Position numbers and translations under genes: made by a program
Part shown: positions 47,833 to 56,949 of the stretch, one piece after another
Layout of the letters: the number at the start of each line of letters is the position of its first letter
Numbering within the stretch: the stretch's first letter is position 1
NCBI GenBank assembly: GCA_965116925.1
Contig: OZ220744.1
Coordinates: 4,032,001 to 4,096,000, forward strand
DNA length: 64,000 nucleotides
Origin: Candidatus Poribacteria bacterium
Lineage (GTDB): Bacteria > Poribacteria > WGA-4E > PCPOR2b
Direction of reading: 5' to 3'
The notes under the pieces: generated by a model
Told to the model about the DNA's origin: nothing
Databases searched by the model: none
Seen by the model: the letters and a program-made list of their open reading frames with translations, nothing else

Positions 47833-47867
47833 AGAACTTTCTCCCCGATTTTGCTGCTTTCAACCGT

Positions 47868-47896
47868 TTAGACAACTCAACCTCAGGAACCGTTCA
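47868..47896 (-). promoter_or_regulatory. Candidate ECF-type autoregulatory promoter
   Basis: Minus strand GAAC-18 nt-GTCTAA just upstream of the sigma gene, resembling sigmaE-type promoters. Confidence 0.5.
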
Positions 47897-48037
47897 AAAA
47901 ATTTGGCAGATTTTGATCCTTTATTAAAAAGCCAGATTAGATTAGTGCTATTTTATCAGATTTTGTGTTCTTTGTAAAGTCCTTTGATGGCAATCTTGCA
48001 AACAGACTTATATGATTCCTTGGAAACTTCTCATCCA

Positions 48038-48076
48038 AAAAAAAGGGCAACATGCCTATGACACGTTGCCCTTTTT
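48038..48076 (-). terminator. Intrinsic terminator, possibly bidirectional
   Basis: AAAAAAAGGGCAACATG...CACGTTGCCCTTTTT. Confidence 0.8.
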
Positions 48077-48109
48077 CAAAAATTGACACCGAAGAATAAA
48101 ACGGTTTAT

Positions 48110-48844
48110 TTACTCTTTCGGTTTGGTGACGAAGGTAATCGATGATTGCAGCGCATTACCGGAACCATCTGCAACATCAATCTCAACCTTGTAGGTTGTT
48201 TCGTTGGCGAGTTCCTGTCCTGCAACCGCGGTCAACGTTGCCGTCTGACCAGCGACGTTTGCGATCCAGTTGAGATCTGCACCCGCTTCGTCGGTCAACT
48301 TAACGCTGCCTGTGACCGGTTCGTCGAAATCAAACCGGAAACCACCCGCATTGATCGGCGCGGGATCGACATCTGCGGCTCCATCAGCCACTGTGCCACT
48401 CGTAACGACGGGAGGATCTGTATCCGGGTCCTCAACAGTATAAGGACCAACCGCTTGGGAACCGGTGGAACCACTTCGGTTTGTCCACCCGATATTCAGA
48501 CTTTGCCCCGGTCCTTGCTGCAATGCCGGTGATGCGGTCCAGTTGAGACCAGCCCCGGTGGCTGCAGCACCATTGACTGTTGCCGCGGTAACACCCTGAT
48601 CAAACGTCAGTGAGAACTGGGTATTTGATGGAATTGTCGCCCCCGGAGCAGGATCTACCGTGACCATTGTTGCATCAGGTGGCCCCTCAGCGTCGTCGTC
48701 ATCATCATTTCCTACTGTTGTAGTAGTATCATCATCATCATCATCATTGCCTCCACCACAACCGGTGACCACAAAGGCAACAAACATGACGGATATTATA
48801 AGGGCTAGTACGCCCCAGAATTTGTGCTGCGTGAATTGGTACAT
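48110..48844 (-). CDS. Lipoprotein with acidic linker and two Ig-like (Big_5-like) domains
   Basis: Lipobox VTGC, poly-Asp tracts, LTFDQGV and FDFDEPV, TTYKVEIDVADGSGN; AGGAG RBS before ATG 48844. Confidence 0.85.
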   Translation of the reverse strand: MYQFTQHKFWGVLALIISVMFVAFVVTGCGGGNDDDDDDTTTTVGNDDDDDAEGPPDATMVTVDPAPGATIPSNTQFSLTFDQGVTAATVNGAAATGAGLNWTASPALQQGPGQSLNIGWTNRSGSTGSQAVGPYTVEDPDTDPPVVTSGTVADGAADVDPAPINAGGFRFDFDEPVTGSVKLTDEAGADLNWIANVAGQTATLTAVAGQELANETTYKVEIDVADGSGNALQSSITFVTKPKE

Positions 48845-49314
48845 TTGTTTCGTATCTCCTATTGTTTGCCGCAACTCATTTTTTGTATGCTAAGGTTTAC
48901 GAATCTTATGTCGTATGAACTTTTTGTGTCTCTCGTTTATGTGAGAGCCTCTCAAGTTCAATTGACTCCGTTCTGGCAAGGGCAAGTTGCGACTAAAAAA
49001 ATAACTTGCTTCCAACGAAGCCAGACATCAAAAGCATTCACAGAATGGTCATTTTGACCTTTGCGTTTCTACTCGCGGTGACCTTCTCATACTTTGGGAA
49101 AGCTTCCCGCGTGTGGCCACAACGCAGGTTAAACGTTGTTATCCATTTAGCCTATCAAACTTTGTGACTTTTGTAAAGAGAAATCTTCACATTTTTTTCA
49201 AAAATTTTGATTGCCAAATGTTTGATGGGCGATATTCTACCAAACTTTGGAAAAAAAGTAAAGTAAAAAACGAAAAAAGGCAATATTATCCACAATAGCA
49301 TCTGTATTAATTGA

Positions 49315-50728
49315 GTCAACTACCCCGCCCTGAAGGACGGGGCTTGTGATACCGTCCACGGGGACTTACGGGTTTCGCGCTTCTTTCCCCGATGAATCGG
49401 GATTTTTCGGGGGTGTTTGCTACCACCGCACCTCCACGCAAGGCGATAGCCGCCTTTTTGATGTTTATTGCAGCGTTATGGTCACGGTCTAACTGTAAAC
49501 CACAATTTGGACAATCGTGTATTCTAACAGATAGCGACTTCTTGGCAATCGTATCACAACCTGAACATTTCTGAGAGGTATCCTTAGGATCTACTTTCGT
49601 CAACTGTTTGCCAGCCTTTGCAGCTTTGCTTTGCAGTATCAATTGAAAGGTTCCCCAACCAGCGTCAGAAATACTCTTAGCGAGGTGACGGTTTTGCACC
49701 ATGTTACGGATTGTCAAATTCTCAACGGCAACCTCGTCGCATTGTGAAAACAGCCGATGTGCCGTTTTGTAGTGGAAGTCACGGCGTTGGTTGGCAATAT
49801 GTTCATGTATTTTAGAAACAATTTCTCTTTGTTGTTGATAGCGAACGCTTCCCTTGTCACGACGAGACAGTATCCGTTGGGCTTTACGGAGTTGCTTTTC
49901 TGATTCACGGAAGTGGCGGGGGTTATGAACTTTATCACCATCAGAAGTGGTCAGAAATGATTCAAGTCCAACATCAATACCAGTAGTTGTTTGAGCTTCA
50001 ACTTCGGCTACATCGGCAACCTTAACAGCGATATTTGCATACCAACCACTTGCCTTGCGTTGGATAGTTAAGTTCTTGATTGTGCCGTCAGGCAATGGAC
50101 GGTGATAGCGGATAGCGACATGCCCGACTTTCGGCACGACTATCCGAGCCATACGCTTGCGGACGTTACGAATCAGTTGCTTAGACAAATGGCTAAAGGT
50201 CATTGAGCGGTAACGACCTTTGCCCTTAAAGCGTGGGAAACCGGGGTCTTGACCTGCCTTGGCACGCCGAAAGAACGCTTGATAGGCTTTATCCAGACGG
50301 CGTAAGGTGTCTTGAAGCACGTCAATATGAATAGATGACCAGAAATGGGATTCTTGACGCAAGGGGGTTAGGTAATTCGCTTGTATCTTGTAACTCAAGG
50401 ATTCACCATGTTTCTCGTAGGCTTGTTTCCGCATAGCTAGAGCTTGGTTATAAAGCGTTTGACACGCTTCAAGAACTTCTTCAAGCGTCTTACGTTGTTT
50501 AGTAGTCGGATAGATTCGGTATTGGTATGTTTTAACCATTGCGATTCGGCTTTCTGGCTTTCATATCCGGTGCGAACCGTTGTGGGAGACCTCCCGATGG
50601 GATCCGGACGTAGCACACTTCCACGAAAACCAATGTAATTGTACCCGATTCACACTGTTTTTTTCAACAAGAAAGAGACGCAGTTTCCTCCCCGCTCTAA
50701 AGAACGGGGGCTCCGCTGCGAAGATTTG
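49315..50728 (-). mobile_element. tnpB-only IS200/IS605-family (IS1341-like) element
   Basis: Left-end hairpin CCCCGTTCTTTAGAGCGGGG, right-end hairpin GCCCCGTCCTTCAGGGCGGGGTAGTTGAC; both ends homologous to 58912-60359; no tnpA. Confidence 0.85.
49316..50539 (-). CDS. tnpB: RNA-guided endonuclease TnpB, intact
   Basis: YQYRIYPT, GFPRFK, GIDVG (RuvC-I), AVENL (RuvC-II), CSGC/CPNC zinc finger, DRDHNAAINI (RuvC-III). Confidence 0.95.
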   Translation of the reverse strand: MVKTYQYRIYPTTKQRKTLEEVLEACQTLYNQALAMRKQAYEKHGESLSYKIQANYLTPLRQESHFWSSIHIDVLQDTLRRLDKAYQAFFRRAKAGQDPGFPRFKGKGRYRSMTFSHLSKQLIRNVRKRMARIVVPKVGHVAIRYHRPLPDGTIKNLTIQRKASGWYANIAVKVADVAEVEAQTTTGIDVGLESFLTTSDGDKVHNPRHFRESEKQLRKAQRILSRRDKGSVRYQQQREIVSKIHEHIANQRRDFHYKTAHRLFSQCDEVAVENLTIRNMVQNRHLAKSISDAGWGTFQLILQSKAAKAGKQLTKVDPKDTSQKCSGCDTIAKKSLSVRIHDCPNCGLQLDRDHNAAINIKKAAIALRGGAVVANTPEKSRFIGERSAKPVSPRGRYHKPRPSGRGS

Positions 50729-50936
50729 ATGAGTTTAGACTCAAAATGCTAAAGCAATCTGTATAGGCTGCGCCCCAACTGCTCCAAACATAAATGTTTG
50801 GGTTTTAGACCTAAAGGAAATTTCGATAAAAATCGTAGCATATTTTCGTAAGAAACACAAATTTTTTGTTGAAAGACAGAAGGTAGCAGTCTGCCTCCCC
50901 AAGATTGATTGGGCGTGAGACCTCACCACTATAGAC

Positions 50937-51875
50937 CTAAAATAGATCCATCTGTTCCTCTGTGAGGTGAGCGGCTTGAATTTTTTCTAGATGGTCGGGG
51001 TCCGACAAAACATCAACGACCTTATCTAGCTGGTTCAGCGAGATAGGGTAAGCACCCTGCTGAATGAGCTTGCGCGGTCCCTCACTTAATCGAGAGCGAT
51101 TCTCCCAGTTGCAGGTAAACACGAGACGTTCTTGCTCCAAAGCAAAAGCAGCCGTGCGAATTGCACCGCCATTTTCCTCCGATTCAATAACGATTGTTGC
51201 TATTGAAAGCCCACTGATGATTCGATTCCGAAGGATAAGATTGGTGGGTGTTGGTTGCGTCGTAAAAGGGTGTTCGGAAAAAAGTGCGCCGTTTTCACAA
51301 ATCTGTTCGGCGAGTTCCTGCTTTTCGCTTGGATAGATTGAGAGCAGGTCGCTCCCCACGACACCAACGGTTGTGCCATTAGCGGATAGTGCTCCGCAGT
51401 GTGCCGATTCATCAATCCCTTTGGCAAGTCCACTAACGACCATCAATCCTGATTGAACAAGGCGTGTTGAAAGCTCAAGCGTCGTCACAATTCCCAGCTC
51501 TGTGGGGTTTGTTGTACCGACAACAGCGACCGCTTTCTCACTGACTTGGGATAAGTTCCCTTTTTTACAAAGGATTGCCGGGGCGTTTGAGATTTCCTTG
51601 AGTTGCGTGGGATAGCCTTCATCTTCAACACAGAGAATATCAATACCGCGACTTTTGAACCACTTGATGTGTCGGCGAAATTCAGCAACCCGTATCCTTG
51701 CTTTTAGGATCCGTGCTGCCAAGAGTGGATTGAAGAGTGGCACCCGCGCGATTTCGGAAAGTTCCGCATCAAAGATAGCTTCAATTGTCCCAAAGCGATT
51801 AATCAAACGCTTAATTCGCATTGGTCCCACACCGTCAACCGACGCGAGCGCGAACCAAAATTCTTGTCCGGACAT
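50937..51875 (-). CDS. dprA: DNA-processing protein DprA
   Basis: YPTQLKEI..AP, VSGLAKGID, RNRIISGLS, GGAIRTA..ALEQ. Confidence 0.93.
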   Translation of the reverse strand: MSGQEFWFALASVDGVGPMRIKRLINRFGTIEAIFDAELSEIARVPLFNPLLAARILKARIRVAEFRRHIKWFKSRGIDILCVEDEGYPTQLKEISNAPAILCKKGNLSQVSEKAVAVVGTTNPTELGIVTTLELSTRLVQSGLMVVSGLAKGIDESAHCGALSANGTTVGVVGSDLLSIYPSEKQELAEQICENGALFSEHPFTTQPTPTNLILRNRIISGLSIATIVIESEENGGAIRTAAFALEQERLVFTCNWENRSRLSEGPRKLIQQGAYPISLNQLDKVVDVLSDPDHLEKIQAAHLTEEQMDLF

Positions 51876-51929
51876 AATTAATTCATTGTCAACCTCAGGG
51901 GGCTTTCTTCAGTTGTATAGGGTCATTTA

Positions 51930-52148
51930 TAGTGGATCTTAGAATTAATGAGACACGCCAAACCGGTGCGGTTGAATGAAAATTAAAAAACAGTTCGGTA
52001 ATTTGTTAGCGACACCGGCGCGGGGGAAAACCGCGCCTACCGTGTGTTTCGAGGAAAATCGAGATTGCCGATTTAAATACTTAAATCTCATAAAACCGCA
52101 CCTACCAGGTGGAGGGCGAAAGTATCTATTTATTTTTAGATTTCACCA
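51930..52148. mobile_element. MITE with TAGTG..CACCA ends flanked by TA, containing a nested insertion at about 51976-52091
   Basis: Reverse-complement homolog of 28605-28885; its GGTGCGGTT/AACCGCACC hairpin is split by about 116 bp bounded by ATGAAAATTAA/TTAAATCTCAT. Confidence 0.7.
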
Positions 52149-52167
52149 TAAAATATAAAAAACTTGT

Positions 52168-52256
52168 GGCTTATAAAAAGAAAGTGCAGAGCAAGAAGAG
52201 AAACCGAGTTTTGCCGAAAAAACTCGGTTTCTTTGCACTAAATCTTAACATGAACG
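52168..52256. mobile_element. MITE, GGCTCATGTTAA-type TIR family
   Basis: Closely similar to 6695-6785; flanks AAACTTGT/AAGCTTGT (7 of 8 match). Confidence 0.8.
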
Positions 52257-52285
52257 AAGCTTGTAATATTTTGGAATGGAAAATT

Positions 52286-53527
52286 TCACTTGTACACATA
52301 ACGGCGTGCTAGAATAACGGCGTGCATCTGGTGCTGTACCACATCAATCCGCAAGGGGGACTCACGGCTATGGTTTTGGACCCCGCCTATCGCGAGTGGA
52401 TCATCCGTCGGTTGGCTGTGTATAAATTTGTTCATCAATGGACTGCCCACTTGCCACGAGGTTAATTTTGTCAAGCCAGTCTCAATAACATGGGCAAATT
52501 TCTCGATATGCTGAGTATCGTTGCGCTGCACGGCAAGTTGATAGGCATGGATAATGCCTTCATACGCATAGGCAGTGTTACGTGTTCGTTCGAGGGTTTT
52601 GTGAACGTCAATCATCCAGTTAGCGAGGTCAATGACGTAATCGGCATATTTCTCCGTATTGGGCCAGCCGGAGGTTGCGATTTCAAAGAAAGCCATGGAA
52701 CTCCACTGATAGTATCCTTTCGTTATAGAGGAATCGGGATCTTTCTGAAGTGCCTCTTGAATATTGTGAAGATAGCCTGCATCGGCGGAAGCGATAATAG
52801 TGGGCTGCAAATCTTCGCGTCCCATATACTTCGCTGCTTTAGTGAGCGCGAGAAGGGATTCACCATCGAAGTAGGGAGAAGGCTTGCCGTATGGATGTCC
52901 GTCGGCGATGCTGTATCCTTGATGCCAGAGCCCTGCTGTTGGGCCCGTCTGTATTCGCGTCCTGATGAGAAATCCAAGGTATTCTTTGAGTAGTTGGCGA
53001 TAGTGTTGGAATTTCTCTTCGGTAATCTGAGATTTGGCAGCCTGCAGGTAATCAATATGAGAAAGCGCACAAAGTGCCACAGTTCCTATCCGTCCGGCCT
53101 TGTCCCCCGGATAAGTTACATAACGATGACCATCGGGAGTAAGTTTTGAGTTTTGAGCAAAGAAATCCATCGCCTTCTCAACGGCTGCTCCGACTTCTGG
53201 GTTCGGGGCATCGTTATATATCGTCGCTAACCCCCACATCGCTCCAGCCTGTCGCACCTGACTGTCGCCGGGAACATAAGTTTTTTTAAGCCAATCGTAG
53301 ATGTAGGTAAAATTGCCCTCCGAATTTTGATGATTGAGCAAAAACTGTGTACCGAGTTCGAGTGAACGGTCAAGAATTGCGCGGTTTAGTGGTTTCGGTC
53401 GATCAGAATCGCAAGAAAATAGTAGGAGAGCAAAAGACGTTACGAAACCTATTACTCCTGCGACCAAGGCGATGTGCCGTAATAGTTTACTCATTTTCGT
53501 GGTCGGATTTGTGTTTTTTTTATTCAT
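52286..53527 (-). CDS. Membrane-anchored alpha-helical (probable alpha/alpha barrel) protein of unknown function
   Basis: GNFTYIYD, VRQAGA, YFDGESLLAL, LRIDVVQH; paralog of 53534-54880. Confidence 0.75.
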   Translation of the reverse strand: MNKKNTNPTTKMSKLLRHIALVAGVIGFVTSFALLLFSCDSDRPKPLNRAILDRSLELGTQFLLNHQNSEGNFTYIYDWLKKTYVPGDSQVRQAGAMWGLATIYNDAPNPEVGAAVEKAMDFFAQNSKLTPDGHRYVTYPGDKAGRIGTVALCALSHIDYLQAAKSQITEEKFQHYRQLLKEYLGFLIRTRIQTGPTAGLWHQGYSIADGHPYGKPSPYFDGESLLALTKAAKYMGREDLQPTIIASADAGYLHNIQEALQKDPDSSITKGYYQWSSMAFFEIATSGWPNTEKYADYVIDLANWMIDVHKTLERTRNTAYAYEGIIHAYQLAVQRNDTQHIEKFAHVIETGLTKLTSWQVGSPLMNKFIHSQPTDDPLAIGGVQNHSRESPLRIDVVQHQMHAVILARRYVYK

Positions 53528-53533
53528 AACATC

Positions 53534-54880
53534 CTACTGGAAGTAATCACTCCCTTGCACAGCGGGCGGTATTTGATAAATAAAGCGTAACCCTTTTACA
53601 AAACCACTAATCGCATGTTGTGTGTTGTCAATCCGTAATTGAGAGTCGGTGAGGGTCTTGCGAAATCCGCCCTGTGCCATATCGGGCCGTTTCAAAGCGG
53701 CGGCATCGGATTCCCCATATTGAAGCAGGAACAGCCAGCGATATCCCATTTTTGCACGTTCTTGATATAGCTTTAATCGTTTCTTATCTTTTATCAATCG
53801 TGCAACATGGATAGCGTCGCCGAGTCCCTCCATGTAACTTCCCGTGTTCGCGGAAGGTATGCTATGAAAGCTACCATAAGCTTCATCATCAGCTTCTAAA
53901 TTTTGTTGCGTCAGTAGTTGATCGCTCAAGAAAAAAACATAGTCTGCGTATTTCTGTTCGCTAGTTTGCTCATAGAGCGATGCGAAAGCGGAAATGGTCC
54001 ACGGGAGGAAGGCGTGTGATTTCCATTTTTCTCTATAGTAGAACTCTAACGCCCAATCCATACTCTGTTTATAACGGCTATCGCCGAAAGCCTGATACAT
54101 GCCCGCTAACGCATAAAGTGCTTCGCCGGGATAAATTCGTGATTCCCAACCGGAGTTTTTTTCATGTTCGTAGTCGCCAAGGTACACATAGGTGCTTTTA
54201 TATTGACCTGTGTTATATTTTTCCTGTAGAAACAGAATCATGTTTGCTAATTTCGCCAAGATCGCATCGAATTCAGTGGTTCCGGTTAGCTGACGAATTT
54301 TGAGCATTGTCAACATGGGGAGACTAATGCCGCCGAGTTTCGCTTTCTGGCGGAAAAGGAAGTAGGCTTTGTCGGTATCGAGTAGTTCTATGAAAGCCAG
54401 TAGGTACTGGACACTCTTCTGTGCTGCCTCAAGATAACGGGGATCTCCTGTCATTTCATAAACCAACGCCAGTGAGAATGAAGTGCCTGCTTGACGTAAA
54501 AAGTTATCATCATCTTTCTTGCTGAATTTATCGCTAACAGGATCATACCAGTATTGAAATCGCCCGTGATGTTCTTGCATACCGACGATCCAATCGGCAC
54601 CGAGACGTATTGAATGCTCCAGTGTTTCTGCGGTCACATGCGCGTAGCGTTCAGGCTGCGGTCCTGGAGGAAAAATATTCTCCCAGAACCGTTTTATTTC
54701 CAAGCTAATTGCTTGGCGTTTTTCAGATCCGGAAAGATTTTTCCAGTAATTCCACTCTTTAGGATACTGGCGTGTCAGATAGTAGCCTGTTCCAATTCCA
54801 GCGACTAGTAAGACCAAGCACACTATACCTATCAGCCGGAATTTACGGGGCAATTGATCGATTTTCATTGGTTCTCCCAT
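53534..54880 (-). CDS. Membrane-anchored alpha-helical (probable alpha/alpha barrel) protein of unknown function
   Basis: N-terminal TM; GRFQYWYD, LRQAGT, IYPGEALYAL, LRIDNTQH. Confidence 0.75.
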   Translation of the reverse strand: MGEPMKIDQLPRKFRLIGIVCLVLLVAGIGTGYYLTRQYPKEWNYWKNLSGSEKRQAISLEIKRFWENIFPPGPQPERYAHVTAETLEHSIRLGADWIVGMQEHHGRFQYWYDPVSDKFSKKDDDNFLRQAGTSFSLALVYEMTGDPRYLEAAQKSVQYLLAFIELLDTDKAYFLFRQKAKLGGISLPMLTMLKIRQLTGTTEFDAILAKLANMILFLQEKYNTGQYKSTYVYLGDYEHEKNSGWESRIYPGEALYALAGMYQAFGDSRYKQSMDWALEFYYREKWKSHAFLPWTISAFASLYEQTSEQKYADYVFFLSDQLLTQQNLEADDEAYGSFHSIPSANTGSYMEGLGDAIHVARLIKDKKRLKLYQERAKMGYRWLFLLQYGESDAAALKRPDMAQGGFRKTLTDSQLRIDNTQHAISGFVKGLRFIYQIPPAVQGSDYFQ

Positions 54881-55028
54881 TGTGTATTTCTGCTTATTTT
54901 ATCACGCAGTATAAAAAATTGAAAGCAAAAAAGGGCCTCTATATCTGATATCTGTATCGCTCAAGCAGCTATGAATCGTTGCATCGGATTCAGGCGAACT
55001 TGAACACCACCGAGAGGTCAGTTTTTTA

Positions 55029-55685
55029 TCATGCTAGGGAACGTTCAACAGACCAGTGCCGGTCTGAACTTTGGACGACAATAGCGTCGGTGAGGCGTGC
55101 TTGAGCGAGCATCACTTCAATTTCAGGAATGGTAAGGGCAGCAAGAAAGGAATCGTAGAAAAGTTTCTTTTGGTAGGGGGTATCGTCAGCGGCGTAACGG
55201 TCAACGAGGGCTTGGGCAGCTTCAGGCGTATCGGGACGCATCAGATCGCGGATGAGAATCAAACTGCCGGGGCGGCTGACACGGCTGATTTCCCGAAAGG
55301 CAGCCATCGGATCGGGGAGATGGTGGATAATACTGTTGGAAATCACACCATCAAAGGATTGATTGGGGTAGGGCAGATCTTTTGCGTCAACACATTCCAA
55401 TGAGATGCGATCCGCTAACCCGGCTTCAGCGACGTGCTGCTCACCGAGTCGGAGCATGTTTACTGAGAGGTCAATCCCGGTGATTCGGATCTTAGGGCAA
55501 CTTTGGACTAAAAAGATGGGAATTTGGGCGGGGCCTGTGCCGAGATCGAGAAAATGTCCTTCGCGCGCACCAAGTTCAACCACACGTTCCACAAACGCCG
55601 CATTGACAGCAGAGTGATCCATGGCATCATACGCTTCCGCTTCTTCACGGGTGTCCATAACCTCGGGTTCTAAAATCCGTTTCAT
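55029..55685 (-). CDS. Class I SAM-dependent methyltransferase
   Basis: RILEPEVMD, LDLGTGPAQIP, SNSIIHH, RDLMRP. Confidence 0.92.
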   Translation of the reverse strand: MKRILEPEVMDTREEAEAYDAMDHSAVNAAFVERVVELGAREGHFLDLGTGPAQIPIFLVQSCPKIRITGIDLSVNMLRLGEQHVAEAGLADRISLECVDAKDLPYPNQSFDGVISNSIIHHLPDPMAAFREISRVSRPGSLILIRDLMRPDTPEAAQALVDRYAADDTPYQKKLFYDSFLAALTIPEIEVMLAQARLTDAIVVQSSDRHWSVERSLA

Positions 55686-56025
55686 CGACTCTCCTTTTGG
55701 ATTGTGTACGGTCTAATTAACGCAAGTATTTTGTCGAGATATGAATCTTGACCTACAATCTACTCTTGTACCCCGATCTGCTAGATTGTGATCCCAGCCT
55801 GCAAACTAACAGTTTGTGCTACTAATCTAACGCAAGTTGCTAGTTGAAAAACACCGTTAAAAAATCTTTGGATTTTTCATAGTTTTCATAGTTTTTTGAA
55901 AAGTTTGATAAAGATGAAAAAAGGGGAAACCCACGCTATGACTGGTTTTGGTGCAAATTATGCGGGAAGGCTATTGAGACATACTATGAAATTCACACCA
56001 TTTTCTATCTTGGACATTTGGCGGA

Positions 56026-56796
56026 TTAAATGAGACGGGTAATCAGTGTCGCGTTGTCACAAATCTGATTGAGATGACCTTTTGTATACATCCCAACTGC
56101 CATAGCGTCGATCGGCTTGATATGTTCGAGTGCGAATCGAAACGCTAGCAGCGGTTCACTTCTGCCTGCGGCGAGGACTTTAATCGAGATTACCGGAAGA
56201 TGCACGGCTTGAATTGCTGCAATTGCTGCGTCCCGATCTGCATCAAGATACATCTCACGATGGCGGGTATGATTATAAAGCGCGCAGACGTAGAAGTCAA
56301 CATCGTATCCTTCGTGATAGCACTGTTTCATAATGTGAGGCTCGTGCGTTCCCAAACCGGGGGAAAACCCCAAATCTCGGATCAGTTTCAACGCATCGTG
56401 CAACGTATTCAATTTTCCGTCGTCGTAAAGCTGATCCGTTGTTCCCCCGTGATGATAGATAGCAATTGGTTGATAGCGGGCAATCAATCGAATATGCGCC
56501 GCCAGATCGGTATACTCATTCCCCTTCGCTGTCTGTGCAATCCACTCAATCTTTCCACCACTGTTTCGGTATTCATTCAGGATCCGCATGATATGGCGAT
56601 CCGCTCGTGCTAGGACGGTGTTAATCCCGCACCGTTCCGCTTCGCGCAGGTCTGCCATAATCTGATCAGCGGTATAGTAATCCTCCATCTCCTTTGACTT
56701 TGCCGGGGAATGGTGGGAAATGCCGCTATATGGGTTACCACCAATAATTAGGCGGCTCACCCGGTGGGATCCAATGGCAATTGTTGGCAATTTCAT
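56026..56796 (-). CDS. Aldo/keto-reductase-like TIM-barrel hypothetical protein
   Basis: VSRLIIGGNP.SG.SH, YHHG, IKVLAAGR. Confidence 0.75.
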   Translation of the reverse strand: MKLPTIAIGSHRVSRLIIGGNPYSGISHHSPAKSKEMEDYYTADQIMADLREAERCGINTVLARADRHIMRILNEYRNSGGKIEWIAQTAKGNEYTDLAAHIRLIARYQPIAIYHHGGTTDQLYDDGKLNTLHDALKLIRDLGFSPGLGTHEPHIMKQCYHEGYDVDFYVCALYNHTRHREMYLDADRDAAIAAIQAVHLPVISIKVLAAGRSEPLLAFRFALEHIKPIDAMAVGMYTKGHLNQICDNATLITRLI

Positions 56797-56949
56797 GACA
56801 AACTCATACCTTTACTTTGAATTATTGAATTTGTCATGTAGTGCAGGTTATATGCCAGTCAAAAAGTCCCATTTTCAGAGTTTAGAACGGCTCGATTGCA
56901 CGGAATTGGGCAAATTCGCCCGACCGGCTAGTGACAGTTTGGTGCGAGT

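Noticed and set aside
49040..49130. c-di-GMP-I riboswitch suggested by ACGCAAAG on the minus strand
   Set aside because: The upstream GGCAAA and GNRA tetraloop/receptor elements are not found
46219..50539. TnpB near an ECF sigma factor as an RNA-guided transcription activator (dCas12f/sigmaE-like) system
   Set aside because: This TnpB keeps all RuvC residues and both transposon ends, is separated from the sigma by a lipoprotein gene and terminator, and the sigma has its own anti-sigma
55700..56020. IS remnant suggested by repeated TAACGCAAGT and TTTTCATAG
   Set aside because: No terminal inverted repeats, TSD or transposase fragment could be defined
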